Positions 38,501-47,143 of a stretch of DNA of 64,000 nucleotides are shown piece after piece. The notes under the pieces were generated by a model. It had not been told where the DNA came from, did not search any database, and saw only the letters and a program-made list of their open reading frames with translations. The position numbers were made by a program, and so were the translations under genes. How positions within the stretch are numbered: position 1 is the stretch's first letter; each line of letters opens with the position of its first letter. Source of the DNA: Candidatus Bathyarchaeota archaeon (GTDB lineage: Archaea > Thermoproteota > Bathyarchaeia > Bathyarchaeales > Bathycorpusculaceae); the NCBI GenBank assembly GCA_963733095.1, contig CAVTBV010000016.1, positions 114,985-178,984 on the forward strand, in the 5' to 3' direction.

Positions 38501-39879
38501 TCTTTGAAAAAAGCTTCGAGAAGTCTGTTTTCTTCATCCAGACATTCTTTTCGGTCATCGGGAAGACGTGCAATTATATGTGATACAGCCAATGGGTCAC
38601 CTTTGAGACGTGTGCAATCCACCCTTGCACTTATCATCGAAGTAACATCCAACATATAGTCGCGTTCAACGAAAAGGTAAACGCGGATCATACTGTCTGG
38701 GCAAAACAGGAGTGCGGAGTCCACACCGTTTTGGGCGCTATCTTCGGGAAGACCGCCATACCCTGTTCCCGTCAGCCATGGCATATACTTGCTCTTACTT
38801 GCATTGGAGCTACTGGGACGGATTCCACCAAGCATATATTGAGCACGCTGAACCAACCAATCCAACTTGGCGCCAACAACTCGGTCGGTAGCCAGTAAAC
38901 GCACCGTCTCAGCATCTAACGCCGGAATACTCTTGAAGTCGTAGGGACGTAAATCGTTGGAGTCCATCACAACTTTAAGCCGTGCCAAATCCTCAAGCCG
39001 CTTAACTCCATAATGCCCAAACGCCCTCTGTTCACCCCTGCTCAAGTTAAGCAACGCAATACTCTCGTTTTCAACCGAACACACAATACAATATTCATTG
39101 AATCCACAGTTGTCGCATCTTGAACAAAGCTGATACTCAACATCTGGCAAAGGAGTTTTATGAATGCGATTCAACTCACCATTTTCCGCAAGCAGGCGTT
39201 CAACATCCTGAAGTAGGGGGCTTAGCTTGAATTTGGGCAGCTTTTCTGGGGTGAGTTTTTCTAAATTTGTCTCTCTGTTGATAACTCCGCCTTCAATGTC
39301 AATTTTAGATAATAGAGGCGCTAATTCTTTTGATAGAAGCAGCACATAGATGGCTACTTGGATTCGGTGAGCAGTCTGCTCTAGCCAAGAAGACTTGAGT
39401 TCAAAAATTCTAACTTTTCCTTTTCCGTCTTTGCTGGGCCAAAGGGCAATCAAATCAGCAATGCCTTTTACGTCCCAAACCCCGATTTTACCCATCATAG
39501 GAACCTGATAGAGCAAAACAGGTTTACTATCAACTTTTTCTTTGGAGGAAATCTGTTCCTCAATGATTGCACGCAGATTTTTGAAGGCAGCCTGGTCGTT
39601 TTCAGCATACTTGGTAAAGTCGTGGTATTCGGCGGCTTTGGCTTTGAGTTCGGATACCTTTTTTTCCTCAAGCGTTTTCCCAACACCATAGAGCAGGGGG
39701 CTGATGGGCTTAAAAGCGGGCCACTTACGGTTTTCTTCTTCGTCATCGTCTTGGAGTCTTAGTTTAAAGAATCTAGGGCAGCAGTTGAAGCGGATGTACT
39801 CGGCTATTCCTGAGGCAGTTAAGGAATCTTTGCTTCGCTTCTTTTTGTTTGAATGCTGCAAATTATCGTCGTTACTCAA
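35569..39879 (-). CDS. Dna2-like fusion: Cas4/RecB-type PD-(D/E)XK nuclease + SF1B (UPF1/Dna2) helicase
   Basis: CCPR, GIADLI, FELKSS, QVAIY, CDNCGFNEYC; QGPPGTGKT, VDEASM, GDHRQLPP, ITPHNAQ, TVERYQGGE, NVAISR. Confidence 0.85.
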   Translation of the reverse strand: MSNDDNLQHSNKKKRSKDSLTASGIAEYIRFNCCPRFFKLRLQDDDEEENRKWPAFKPISPLLYGVGKTLEEKKVSELKAKAAEYHDFTKYAENDQAAFKNLRAIIEEQISSKEKVDSKPVLLYQVPMMGKIGVWDVKGIADLIALWPSKDGKGKVRIFELKSSWLEQTAHRIQVAIYVLLLSKELAPLLSKIDIEGGVINRETNLEKLTPEKLPKFKLSPLLQDVERLLAENGELNRIHKTPLPDVEYQLCSRCDNCGFNEYCIVCSVENESIALLNLSRGEQRAFGHYGVKRLEDLARLKVVMDSNDLRPYDFKSIPALDAETVRLLATDRVVGAKLDWLVQRAQYMLGGIRPSSSNASKSKYMPWLTGTGYGGLPEDSAQNGVDSALLFCPDSMIRVYLFVERDYMLDVTSMISARVDCTRLKGDPLAVSHIIARLPDDRKECLDEENRLLEAFFKDLTVAITKVANEIGSPDEVPIHLYFFSRGERDILMEAVRRQPTLLGAMAIRDLLGLRQAIDQPMFSIIQDEVVHRKALKFHSTGLLPILEQSCFFESNKAWLAKRKDGSTVDLRLVFRDGLFNFLLPFRRNPDGPIHFLEGGNGHIDGYYPARARFGNQIPIEYFWAAKNRLDNYPTKVLLEKHKWCDYVQKTRRITDEELNLMGLKLCMALELIERSLTIRNRRLGKKPIAVPTIANFSLGAATLERGCREFLDLEYFSKRQEMYQHYALLPYQRVASGRSLIFECTGIDESDKDFVVRGKLVYEGIGLPKADCVANACRVKGADGSSSGDWMVVTELKRSEQGQFEEAQKRSPSEVEKSARAIVEKVDVRKGELVINVVSWPSGKGRKYSAWHNLPTTDSEKAKSKYMQLFEVGRLYILDELADDIISDRAAKCLDYHANNVLYGLLAGFLAGKSEASLHTALPKNAALPFLRWVAGRRFSPKAEQQRFIERVFGKEQIVMLQGPPGTGKTETLQLTVLAHVAAHRAVGRCRVLMVAPTHKAIHEFVSKLARCWQEYCREGCNDLKDLNIYRVLSSSTSSAKPIDGVTYVNYNEDEDTLQELTDCLMNQSTLTPIASGSEPLILCLTPPGLYGLMKKIGDSEPPWGEGFFDLLVVDEASMMRLPELILSGSFLTKGSQILVAGDHRQLPPIQAHNWEKEDRRTLEEMASFLSAMDFLRLLRQEDLGIERISCKHPADIPAERLCESHRCHSVVAEFLREWVYEKDKIDFRSDQKRTLATSAPKTNGLGVVLEPENVFVLIVHDEAESFQSNLVEASIVEALARNVKSEGIGVITPHNAQKGLLKNMLAEGCENARIDTVERYQGGEADCIIISSTVSDPDYVRSESDFLLNLNRINVAISRMKKKLIIIASRSIFEFMPQDAKDYDKALLWRGISQTVGFTADSAAQWTGALSEFLGQTASSVKVEVYVKSDNKA

Positions 39880-39986
39880 CTGGTTGCCGCCTTTGCAAAT
39901 GCTCGTAACCTAACTTATCCATCGGATTATTGTATTTACCTTCACTATCGTTTAAAGACATTACCAAAAAAGCGACTTTCCACAAA

Positions 39987-40163
39987 CTACACTTCCACAA
40001 GCAAAATAGGAACCATCAAACTCGGCGAAGACTCATGCATTTCCGCAGGACTTGCTTTATCTTCAAACGCCATACGAAGATGGCAATTTTTCTTTAAAAT
40101 ACAGTATTCACAACTTACGGTTTCTTTTTGGGTTTGACAATCCAACACTATTTGGGCAAACAT
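39987..40163 (-). CDS. Putative 58-aa Cys-motif small protein (below the ORF-track cutoff)
   Basis: MFAQIVLDCQTQKETVSCEYCILKKNCHLR...; GAGGT SD 9 nt upstream; TATAAG ~45 nt upstream. Confidence 0.45.
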   Translation of the reverse strand: MFAQIVLDCQTQKETVSCEYCILKKNCHLRMAFEDKASPAEMHESSPSLMVPILLVEV

Positions 40164-40355
40164 ACTTTCTCAACCTCGGGAAACCACCATAGAGCACAAC
40201 CCGCTTATAGGCAATGTCAACTGTGAGACGGCATTTTCGGTTGGTTGCTTTTTGTTTTTTCTTGGTTGTCTTGAACATGAAAATGAGCAAGAAAACGTTT
40301 TCAAGGGGTTTAGACCCAAGGTTTGCCCTTAAATCCATCAGCGGTGCATGTTTGT

Positions 40356-40679
40356 TTATTTTGGTTTTTCGATTTCTATGAAGATTTTTCCTTTTTCAAC
40401 TTTGCACAGGTAAGTCTGAAGCGGGGTCTGTTTGTTTTCGGTGTATTCGCCTGTTCTTATGTCGAATTTCCATCCGTGGCAGGGACACATTACAAGGAAG
40501 TCTGTTAAGATGCCGTGTTCAAAGGTGCAGCCCATGTGTGGACAAACATTATGCATTCCAAATATTTCGCCGCCTTGCCGAACAAGCAAGATTGGTCTGC
40601 CCTTTACCCGTATGGCCTTCATGTGGCCTTCTTTGAGTTCGCCCTCTTTTATGGATGATACAAAACCGTCTTTACTCAT
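40356..40679 (-). CDS. Rieske [2Fe-2S] ferredoxin
   Basis: CPHMG and CPCHGWKFD..TG. Confidence 0.9.
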   Translation of the reverse strand: MSKDGFVSSIKEGELKEGHMKAIRVKGRPILLVRQGGEIFGMHNVCPHMGCTFEHGILTDFLVMCPCHGWKFDIRTGEYTENKQTPLQTYLCKVEKGKIFIEIEKPK

Positions 40680-40829
40680 GTTTTCTCATTATACACTTGC
40701 CGTTTAAGCTCAAAAACTTGTCTACCCAACCGAAAATTAAAGATACTAATCCAGATTGGGCTAACTGTATATAATAGTGTATAACAAACTGTTTAAACAC
40801 ACATCCTACGTGGGTCCATGCTCTAAAGC

Positions 40830-41963
40830 TCAAGGTGCTTTTTGAGCACTGTTCTTGCTGTTGTGAAGTTCGCCCAACCGCAGCAACGTTTCCTTGTAAA
40901 CCGCAATCGAAGCCAAGTATTCATTCACCTTAATGTGTTCATCTAAGGTGTGATCGAGGTGGGAGTCGCCTGGTCCGTAAGTTACGATGGGTAGGTTCAT
41001 AGCTTTGCCCAGAATGTTCATGTCGCCTGTGCCTGTTTTGTGAAGAAGCTTTGCAGGCTTATTTAGAACTTTGCGAACAGACGACGATAACACATGGACT
41101 AGCGGTGAAGCTTTGTTAACTTCGAAGGGTTCAACAGTGTCAAGAACAGTTGCTTTCACTGACACTTTTGGGTTGGCAGCTTGGTACTTGGCAATTATCT
41201 TCGCTATTTGCTCATGAACTTGGGCGGTAGAGAATTGGATTGGGACTCGTATGTCAAGGTTCATCTCAGCCTCGAAGGGTACGACAGAAGTTGCTCTGCC
41301 GCCAACCAATTTAACCAAACATGCCGTGACAGCATTATATGGGCTAGCAGACGGATCAAGCGACGGATATGAAGATGCGTTTTTGATTTGTTTCCAAAGC
41401 TCAAAGGCTTTTTCCAAAGAGTTATCGTAGAACCAGGGAGTAGAGGCATGGCCTGTTTCAGTTTTGAGGAAGATTTTCAGTTGAATTTGCCCTTTGTATC
41501 CAATTGTCACGTTTTCGACCCCACTTGGTTCTCCAAAGATTGCGTAGTCAGCTGTAATTCCTTGAGTGATTAGGTGTTTGACGCCGCGACTTGTAGCTTC
41601 TTCTTCGACGACGGCGGCAACCAAGATTTTTCCTTTAAAGTTAGGCTCTTTAGCAGCCTCAACGGCAGCCATAATCATGGCGGCAAGCGGACCCTTTGCA
41701 TCCACTGCACCTCGAGCATAGATTTTTCCTTCATCTATGCGAAGTGGCAGATGCCCTGCCACGGTATCCATGTGACCGCATAATAGAATAACTGGTTCGC
41801 CTTCGCCGACGACACCAATTACGTTTCCTATGGCGTCTTTGCCAACCTCAAAACCCATCTTGTTCATTTCAAGATCTAAAAAGTTAGATGCATCCTCTTC
41901 TTTCCCAGAGGGACTGTAGATACCTAAGAGGTTAGTTAGAAAACGTACCGCTTGCTCGCTCAT
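40830..41963 (-). CDS. lysK: [LysW]-lysine/ornithine hydrolase (M20)
   Basis: GHMDTV, GAVDAKG, VEEE, GTGDMN, YGPGD..LDHT; cluster context. Confidence 0.92.
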   Translation of the reverse strand: MSEQAVRFLTNLLGIYSPSGKEEDASNFLDLEMNKMGFEVGKDAIGNVIGVVGEGEPVILLCGHMDTVAGHLPLRIDEGKIYARGAVDAKGPLAAMIMAAVEAAKEPNFKGKILVAAVVEEEATSRGVKHLITQGITADYAIFGEPSGVENVTIGYKGQIQLKIFLKTETGHASTPWFYDNSLEKAFELWKQIKNASSYPSLDPSASPYNAVTACLVKLVGGRATSVVPFEAEMNLDIRVPIQFSTAQVHEQIAKIIAKYQAANPKVSVKATVLDTVEPFEVNKASPLVHVLSSSVRKVLNKPAKLLHKTGTGDMNILGKAMNLPIVTYGPGDSHLDHTLDEHIKVNEYLASIAVYKETLLRLGELHNSKNSAQKAP

Positions 41964-43143
41964 TCTCTTCCTCTCCCAAAACAGAATCTAAAACTTCGAT
42001 AGCTTTATCGATTTGCTCTTTCTCGATTACAAGTGGCGGCAGTAAACGAACCACAGTTCTGCCTGCATCCAACACTAAAACGCCTCTGTCAAGCGCTTTT
42101 AGAATTACATTGTGAACGTCATAACGGAGTTCCATTCCAAGCATTAAGCCCAAGCCGCGGACTTCTTTGATGATTTTATGCTTAGACTGCAGCCCTTCCA
42201 GCTTAGATTTGAAGTAATTGCCATTGATAGCTGCTTTGCCAGCGAGGTCTTCTTCCAAAAGTACGTCGATAGCGGCGCATCCTGCTGCACAAACCAATGG
42301 GCTTCCGCTGAAAGTCGTTGAATGCTCGCCGATTTTGAGCGAGGACATAATGTTTTCTTTAGCTACAGTTATGCCGATAGGTAATCCCCCTGCAAAGGGC
42401 TTTGCCAAACACATAACATCGGGTGTGACGCCCCAATTTTGACCCCCGAACAGCTTACCTGTGCGCCCAAAACTTGTTTGCACCTCATCGAACATTAGCA
42501 GAATGCCTTTTTCGTCGCAGATTTCCCGCACTGCCTGCAAGTATCCGTCAGGTGGAACACGTACACCGCCTTCACCGCGTATCGGCTCCATGAGTACCGC
42601 GGCTGTTTTGTCGGTTATGGATTCGCGGATTTTGTCAGCATTATCAGGAGCAACGTGTTTGATATCTGGGATGAGTGGGAGGAAGGGTTCGCGATATTTT
42701 TTGTCCCATGTTACCGATAGGGCGCCCATGGTTTTGCCGTGGAATGCCCCCATTAACGCGATGATTTCTGTTTTGCCCGTGTATTTGCGGGCGAGTTTTA
42801 TGGCGCATTCGACGGATTCGGCGCCGCTGTTAGAGAGAAATGCTTTGTCTAAGCCTTTGGGAGTTATCTTGACTAGTTTTTCTATGAATTCGGCACGTTT
42901 ATCGTTAAAGTAGCAGCTGTGGCATGTGATAAGTTCTTCAGCCTGAGCCTTCACTGCCGCCACAATTTTTGGGTGACAATGACCCAATGCTGCAACGCCG
43001 TAGCTGCTGGCGCAATCCACGTATTCTCTTTCGTTAATGTCCCATAGAAGCGCGCCCTTGCCATGAGTGATAACGACGTTTTTTTTGGAGAAGACATTCG
43101 CTAAATAGCGGTTTTCAGTTTCCATTATTTCTTTGTCATTCAC
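41932..43143 (-). CDS. lysJ: [LysW]-semialdehyde aminotransferase (class III)
   Basis: NSGAES, FHGKT, EPIRGEGG, DEVQT, AKPFAGG. Confidence 0.9.
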   Translation of the reverse strand: MNDKEIMETENRYLANVFSKKNVVITHGKGALLWDINEREYVDCASSYGVAALGHCHPKIVAAVKAQAEELITCHSCYFNDKRAEFIEKLVKITPKGLDKAFLSNSGAESVECAIKLARKYTGKTEIIALMGAFHGKTMGALSVTWDKKYREPFLPLIPDIKHVAPDNADKIRESITDKTAAVLMEPIRGEGGVRVPPDGYLQAVREICDEKGILLMFDEVQTSFGRTGKLFGGQNWGVTPDVMCLAKPFAGGLPIGITVAKENIMSSLKIGEHSTTFSGSPLVCAAGCAAIDVLLEEDLAGKAAINGNYFKSKLEGLQSKHKIIKEVRGLGLMLGMELRYDVHNVILKALDRGVLVLDAGRTVVRLLPPLVIEKEQIDKAIEVLDSVLGEEENERASGTFSN

Positions 43144-43945
43144 TTGTTATCACTGTACCAACTTGATGATTTAGAGCGGAAGTGATGGGTTGTTTTGCCG
43201 TGCCGGAGGTAACGAGGACTTCTTTGACACCTTGGTTTAAGGCTTCCAAGCCTGCGTGGACTTTGGTGCTCATACCGCCGCCAATTTTGGAGAGGACTTC
43301 TTTTACTTCTGTAGCGGCGATTTTTGGAACCCGCTCGCCCTTGAGCATCAAACCTTCAACATCAGTAAGCAGAATTAGTTTGTCAGCTTTGAGGGCACCT
43401 GCAATTATGGCTGCAGTTCTGTCGCCATCAACGTTTAGCGGCTCAAAGTCCTGGCTCAAAGCTACAGGAGTTACGATTGGCATGTAACCATTCGCAAGCA
43501 ACAAATTCAGCAGTTGAGTGTTGACCTGGGTAATTTTGCCCGTGTAGCCGCCATCCATGACCTTCTTTCTACCACGTTCGTCCACTGCAATCAGCTTGAT
43601 TTTTCGTTCAGCTTTCAATATTCCAGCGTCAAGCCCACTCAAACCGACAGCAGGGATACCTTGGCTTTGCAAGGCTAATACTATTTGCTTGTTGATTTTG
43701 CCCGCCATAACCATTGTGTAGATTTCGATGGTTTCTTTGTCGGTGTAGCGACTGCGGAAACCTTCGGGTGAGATTATGAATTTTTGTTCTTTGCCCAGTT
43801 TTGAGGCGATTTCGGTGACTTCTACTCCTCCTCCGTGAACTAGGATGATTTTGTTTTCTTTGGCGACTTCTTTGAGGTCAGAGATTAGATCTGTGGATGC
43901 ACCTTCTTTCAGGATGCTTCCGCCCATCTTAATGACGAGTAACAT
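43136..43945 (-). CDS. lysZ: [LysW]-aminoadipate/glutamate kinase
   Basis: Start MLLVIKMGGS (ATG 43945), VHGGG, SRYTD, NVDGDR, GGGMSTK. Confidence 0.92.
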   Translation of the reverse strand: MLLVIKMGGSILKEGASTDLISDLKEVAKENKIILVHGGGVEVTEIASKLGKEQKFIISPEGFRSRYTDKETIEIYTMVMAGKINKQIVLALQSQGIPAVGLSGLDAGILKAERKIKLIAVDERGRKKVMDGGYTGKITQVNTQLLNLLLANGYMPIVTPVALSQDFEPLNVDGDRTAAIIAGALKADKLILLTDVEGLMLKGERVPKIAATEVKEVLSKIGGGMSTKVHAGLEALNQGVKEVLVTSGTAKQPITSALNHQVGTVITSE

Positions 43946-43950
43946 GGCAA

Positions 43951-45003
43951 TCAGACCGGATGGAACCCAGTGCTCTTGAGGCCTGTGGTCTCGTCTATTC
44001 CCATGAGTAAGTTGAGGCATTGAACGCCTTGCCCTGCGGCACCTTTGGTCATGTTGTCGATGGCTGAGAACAATATGAGGCGGTTTGCATGTTCATCGAT
44101 TTCAAAGCCAACATCGCAGAAGTTTGTGCCCATGACTATTTTGGGGTCGGGCAGCTGGTAGGGTCCCTTCTGGTACTTCACTAAACGCACGAAGGGTTCG
44201 GTGCCGTACATACCACGTAGGGCTTTCCAGAGGTCTTTACTTGTGATGGGTTGTTTGGGGAACGCGTGGATTGTTGAAAGGATGCCGCGTACCATGTTTA
44301 CGGCGTGGGGTGTAAAGCCGATTTTGACTGGTTCGCTACTAAGAGCTGTCAGTTCCTGTTCGACTTCGGCAGTGTGACGGTGCCCCGCGACTTGGTAGGG
44401 GCGAACTCCACTGAAGCGTTCAGGGTGATGCGAAGCAGGGGTTGGTTTGCTGCCGCCTCCTGAGGAACCCACTTTGAGGTCAACTATAATTTTATCAGTG
44501 TATATGAGGTCTGCGTGTACTATGGGGGCTAAGCCAAGGATTGCGGATGTTGCCATGCAGCCGGGGCAAGCTACGAGTTTGGCAGCTTTGATTTCGTCTC
44601 GATGAAGCTCGGGCAAACCGTACGCCGCTTCTTTTAGCATTTCGGGGTGAGCATGCGTCCAGCCATAGTAAGATTCGTAGTCAGCTGGGTTTTTAAGCCG
44701 AAAATCTGCGCTCATGTCGATAACTTTTAGGCCTGCTTCCAAAAGTTTAGGCACTAGGTTCACCGAGCCGCCGTGTGGGGTAGCAGTGAAGACTAAGTCG
44801 CAGTTCTTTTGGAGCTCAGCCATGTCTTGGGGTACAAATTTTAGTTGAGTTAAACCTCGAAGGTTCGGGTGCACGTTAAAGACGTATTCTCCTGCGCTTT
44901 GACGCGAAGTCACCATGGTGACCTCTACTTCTGGGTGCATAAGCAGCAGTCGCAACAGTTCACTGCCAACGTATCCTGAACCGCCTATTATTCCAATTCG
45001 CAT
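43951..45003 (-). CDS. lysY: [LysW]-phosphate reductase (ArgC-like)
   Basis: GGSGYVG, ATPHG, SADFRL, YGLPE, ACPGC, HHPER, DNMTKGAAGQ. Confidence 0.93.
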   Translation of the reverse strand: MRIGIIGGSGYVGSELLRLLLMHPEVEVTMVTSRQSAGEYVFNVHPNLRGLTQLKFVPQDMAELQKNCDLVFTATPHGGSVNLVPKLLEAGLKVIDMSADFRLKNPADYESYYGWTHAHPEMLKEAAYGLPELHRDEIKAAKLVACPGCMATSAILGLAPIVHADLIYTDKIIVDLKVGSSGGGSKPTPASHHPERFSGVRPYQVAGHRHTAEVEQELTALSSEPVKIGFTPHAVNMVRGILSTIHAFPKQPITSKDLWKALRGMYGTEPFVRLVKYQKGPYQLPDPKIVMGTNFCDVGFEIDEHANRLILFSAIDNMTKGAAGQGVQCLNLLMGIDETTGLKSTGFHPV

Positions 45004-45019
45004 TTGTTTTTCCTCTCTG

Positions 45020-46204
45020 TTAATTGTCGATTAGGCTTTGAGCGCCCTTTAGCAGCGGAACTGCAACGTTTAAGCCTGTTGCGAGTCTTGTGTTCTCCCA
45101 GAATTCTGGACAAGAATTCGACTCATGAAACTCAAGGGCACTCTTGTTTTTTTCTACACTTTCCTCAATTATATCTGTAATGCTTCCGTAAGCTTCACTG
45201 CTCTTGTAGCAACTGAAAACTTTTTCTAACTTTTCAGTCCACGCTTCGAAGTTAGTTAAACGCGTCTCTTCTGCCTTAACCTTCTGGACTGGACTAAACG
45301 CCAGTGCAGCCTTCTCCAACTCACTTTTGAGGTAAGCGTCATCTGCATTCTTATTATCCTTAACATTTACCATGGCATCTAACGCTAATATCCATGCGTC
45401 GCTGCCTTGGCCAAGGGTTTTGCCGCATTTTACTGCCAACTCCTGAACGCTCAAGGGCAGTTTTGTATGGAAAACCAAGTTGCCCAGAAAAGTGTTAGTG
45501 CGAAAATCCTTGAAACCTGCTCGTGCCATTGAGGTGTGGTAGCAAACAGGGTCTTTGCCTTTTTCTTTGGAGACAATTATTCTTAGGTCGTAGAACCATT
45601 TCTGGACAAGTTCCTGTGCGACGATGCCGACGGGATTGATTATTGTGGGTTTTGTTTCTTTGATGTTTGCTTCAAGTTCTACGCGGTTTTGGGAGAGCAT
45701 TATCATTTTGCCATGGGTGCCCGCGTCTGCCTTGATTACGATGCCCTCCTCTATTGGGATTTCTGCTTGGAAGAGGTCGGCGATGTCTTTTTCGTTGTGG
45801 ATTTCCTTGCCGTTCTTTAGGGTGTCTGTTGCGTCGCAGGGCACAAAGATGGTTTTTGGGATTGGGAGGCCTTCTTTGTGGAGGTTGAGCAGGGTGCGGA
45901 GTTTGCTGTAGCAGACAAATTCGACTTGGCTGGTGTTGAGGGTTTTTTTGCCGAGCATCTCCATGAAGTAGCTGGCTTGGAGGCGCCGGTTTTTACTCTG
46001 GGCACGGTTGAGCACAACCTTGGTGTTTTCGATTGCGCCGGTGTAGTCTTTACCTTTGGTTTTGGCGCTGAACCCTTCCTTAGAGATGGATAAAGCGATT
46101 TTTCGGAAGGGAATGAAGGTTAAGTCTATGCCGAGTTGCTGAGCAGTGAGCTTTATGCCGTTTTCATCGTTTTCGGAGCGCTCATACAAAAGTGCAATGC
46201 TCAT
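45020..46204 (-). CDS. lysX: Divergent LysX/ArgX-like ATP-grasp LysW ligase
   Basis: PIPKT, IK..AGTHG, QELV, DLR, FRTN, ESNSCPEF; sits immediately downstream of lysW. Confidence 0.75.
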   Translation of the reverse strand: MSIALLYERSENDENGIKLTAQQLGIDLTFIPFRKIALSISKEGFSAKTKGKDYTGAIENTKVVLNRAQSKNRRLQASYFMEMLGKKTLNTSQVEFVCYSKLRTLLNLHKEGLPIPKTIFVPCDATDTLKNGKEIHNEKDIADLFQAEIPIEEGIVIKADAGTHGKMIMLSQNRVELEANIKETKPTIINPVGIVAQELVQKWFYDLRIIVSKEKGKDPVCYHTSMARAGFKDFRTNTFLGNLVFHTKLPLSVQELAVKCGKTLGQGSDAWILALDAMVNVKDNKNADDAYLKSELEKAALAFSPVQKVKAEETRLTNFEAWTEKLEKVFSCYKSSEAYGSITDIIEESVEKNKSALEFHESNSCPEFWENTRLATGLNVAVPLLKGAQSLIDN

Positions 46205-46277
46205 CGCCCTGGGCTCCGAAAAAAATTATGCCTTAAAAAGGTGATTTAAATTTAGAAATTGGGTTATAGGATACTGC

Positions 46278-46484
46278 TTATTCGCCCCAGTCTTCCCCTT
46301 CAATCGTCAACTCTTGAAGGTCAACACAGCCGCAGCTTATCTGTTTAACTTCGAGTTCAAGTCCGCAGCCTGGGCAACTTACAATTTCTCCTTTCTCAGT
46401 GTCTGCTGGAACATCGAGATCGGCGTCGCAATCGGGACATTTTGCCTTTGCGTTTGGTTGGTTTGTGTTTACGGGTTTAATCAT
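46278..46484 (-). CDS. lysW: Amino-group carrier protein LysW/ArgW
   Basis: CPDC...GEIVSCPGCG.ELEV...EDWGE C-terminus. Confidence 0.97.
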   Translation of the reverse strand: MIKPVNTNQPNAKAKCPDCDADLDVPADTEKGEIVSCPGCGLELEVKQISCGCVDLQELTIEGEDWGE

Positions 46485-46540
46485 TTTTTATTCGTCACTT
46501 TTTTATCTTTGGAAATGTCTTTCAGATTATTTCCTGTTTC

Positions 46541-46600
46541 TTTTAAACATTTTGACTTATTTGTTACAACTTGGACTTTTAATGTTCCATTTGGTGCAGC
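46541..46600 (-). promoter_or_regulatory. lysW promoter element, shared with the argG promoter
   Basis: 43/60 ungapped identity to 19201-19260; same 57-nt offset from the start codon. Confidence 0.7.
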
Positions 46601-46640
46601 CTTTTCGCTTGCTTAGCCGATCAAAAAACGCACCAGAACC

Positions 46641-46672
46641 TCGTTGATACAACGAAATACGCATTAGCGTAT
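46641..46672. promoter_or_regulatory. Two palindromes, candidate Lrp/LysM operator
   Basis: TCGTTG-ATA-CAACGA and ATACGC-ATTA-GCGTAT between the divergent lysW and lysM genes. Confidence 0.4.
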
Positions 46673-46731
46673 CGAGGGCAATGATGGAAAACGTTAAATT
46701 TTTCTAAGCCATTAGACATTCGGCTGTAAAG

Positions 46732-47142
46732 ATGGATGAAAAAGACAGGCTAATCATCAAAATCCTAAAAGACGACGCAAGAGCAGGCTACGGCGAAATA
46801 GGCAACAAAGTCGCTTTATCCGAAGGCGCCGTCCGCAAACGCATCAAAACCCTAACCGACGACGGCTCCATCCGCAAATTCACCGTAAAAATCGGCATCA
46901 CAGAAGGCGCTCAAGCCATCACCCTCCTCACCACAAACCCAGCCTATCCAACCCAAGAAGTCTCCAAAAAAATCCAGCAAATCCCAAACGTCGAAACCAT
47001 CTACGAAGTCACAGGCGAATACGACATCGTCGCCGTCATCAGCGGCATGACCGTAACCGAAGTCAACGAATGCATCGAAAAAATCCGCCGCGTCGAAGGC
47101 ATCATGAAAACCAACACCATGATAGTGCTCAGAAACCTCTAA
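46732..47142 (+). CDS. lysM: Lrp/AsnC family regulator (LysM-like)
   Basis: MDEKD..II..L..DAR...SEGAVRKRI HTH; YEVTGEYD RAM domain; divergent from lysW. Confidence 0.8.
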   Translation: MDEKDRLIIKILKDDARAGYGEIGNKVALSEGAVRKRIKTLTDDGSIRKFTVKIGITEGAQAITLLTTNPAYPTQEVSKKIQQIPNVETIYEVTGEYDIVAVISGMTVTEVNECIEKIRRVEGIMKTNTMIVLRNL

Positions 47143-47143
47143 A

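Noticed and set aside
43946-44020. N-terminal extension of LysZ in the ORF track
   Set aside because: It overlaps the lysY 3' end; the family start MLLVIKMGG at 43945 is more plausible.
46527-46550. Arg/Lys-rich uORF MFKRNRK upstream of lysW as an attenuator
   Set aside because: It overlaps the probable TATA box, so it lies upstream of the expected TSS; the A-rich composition explains the Lys/Arg codons.
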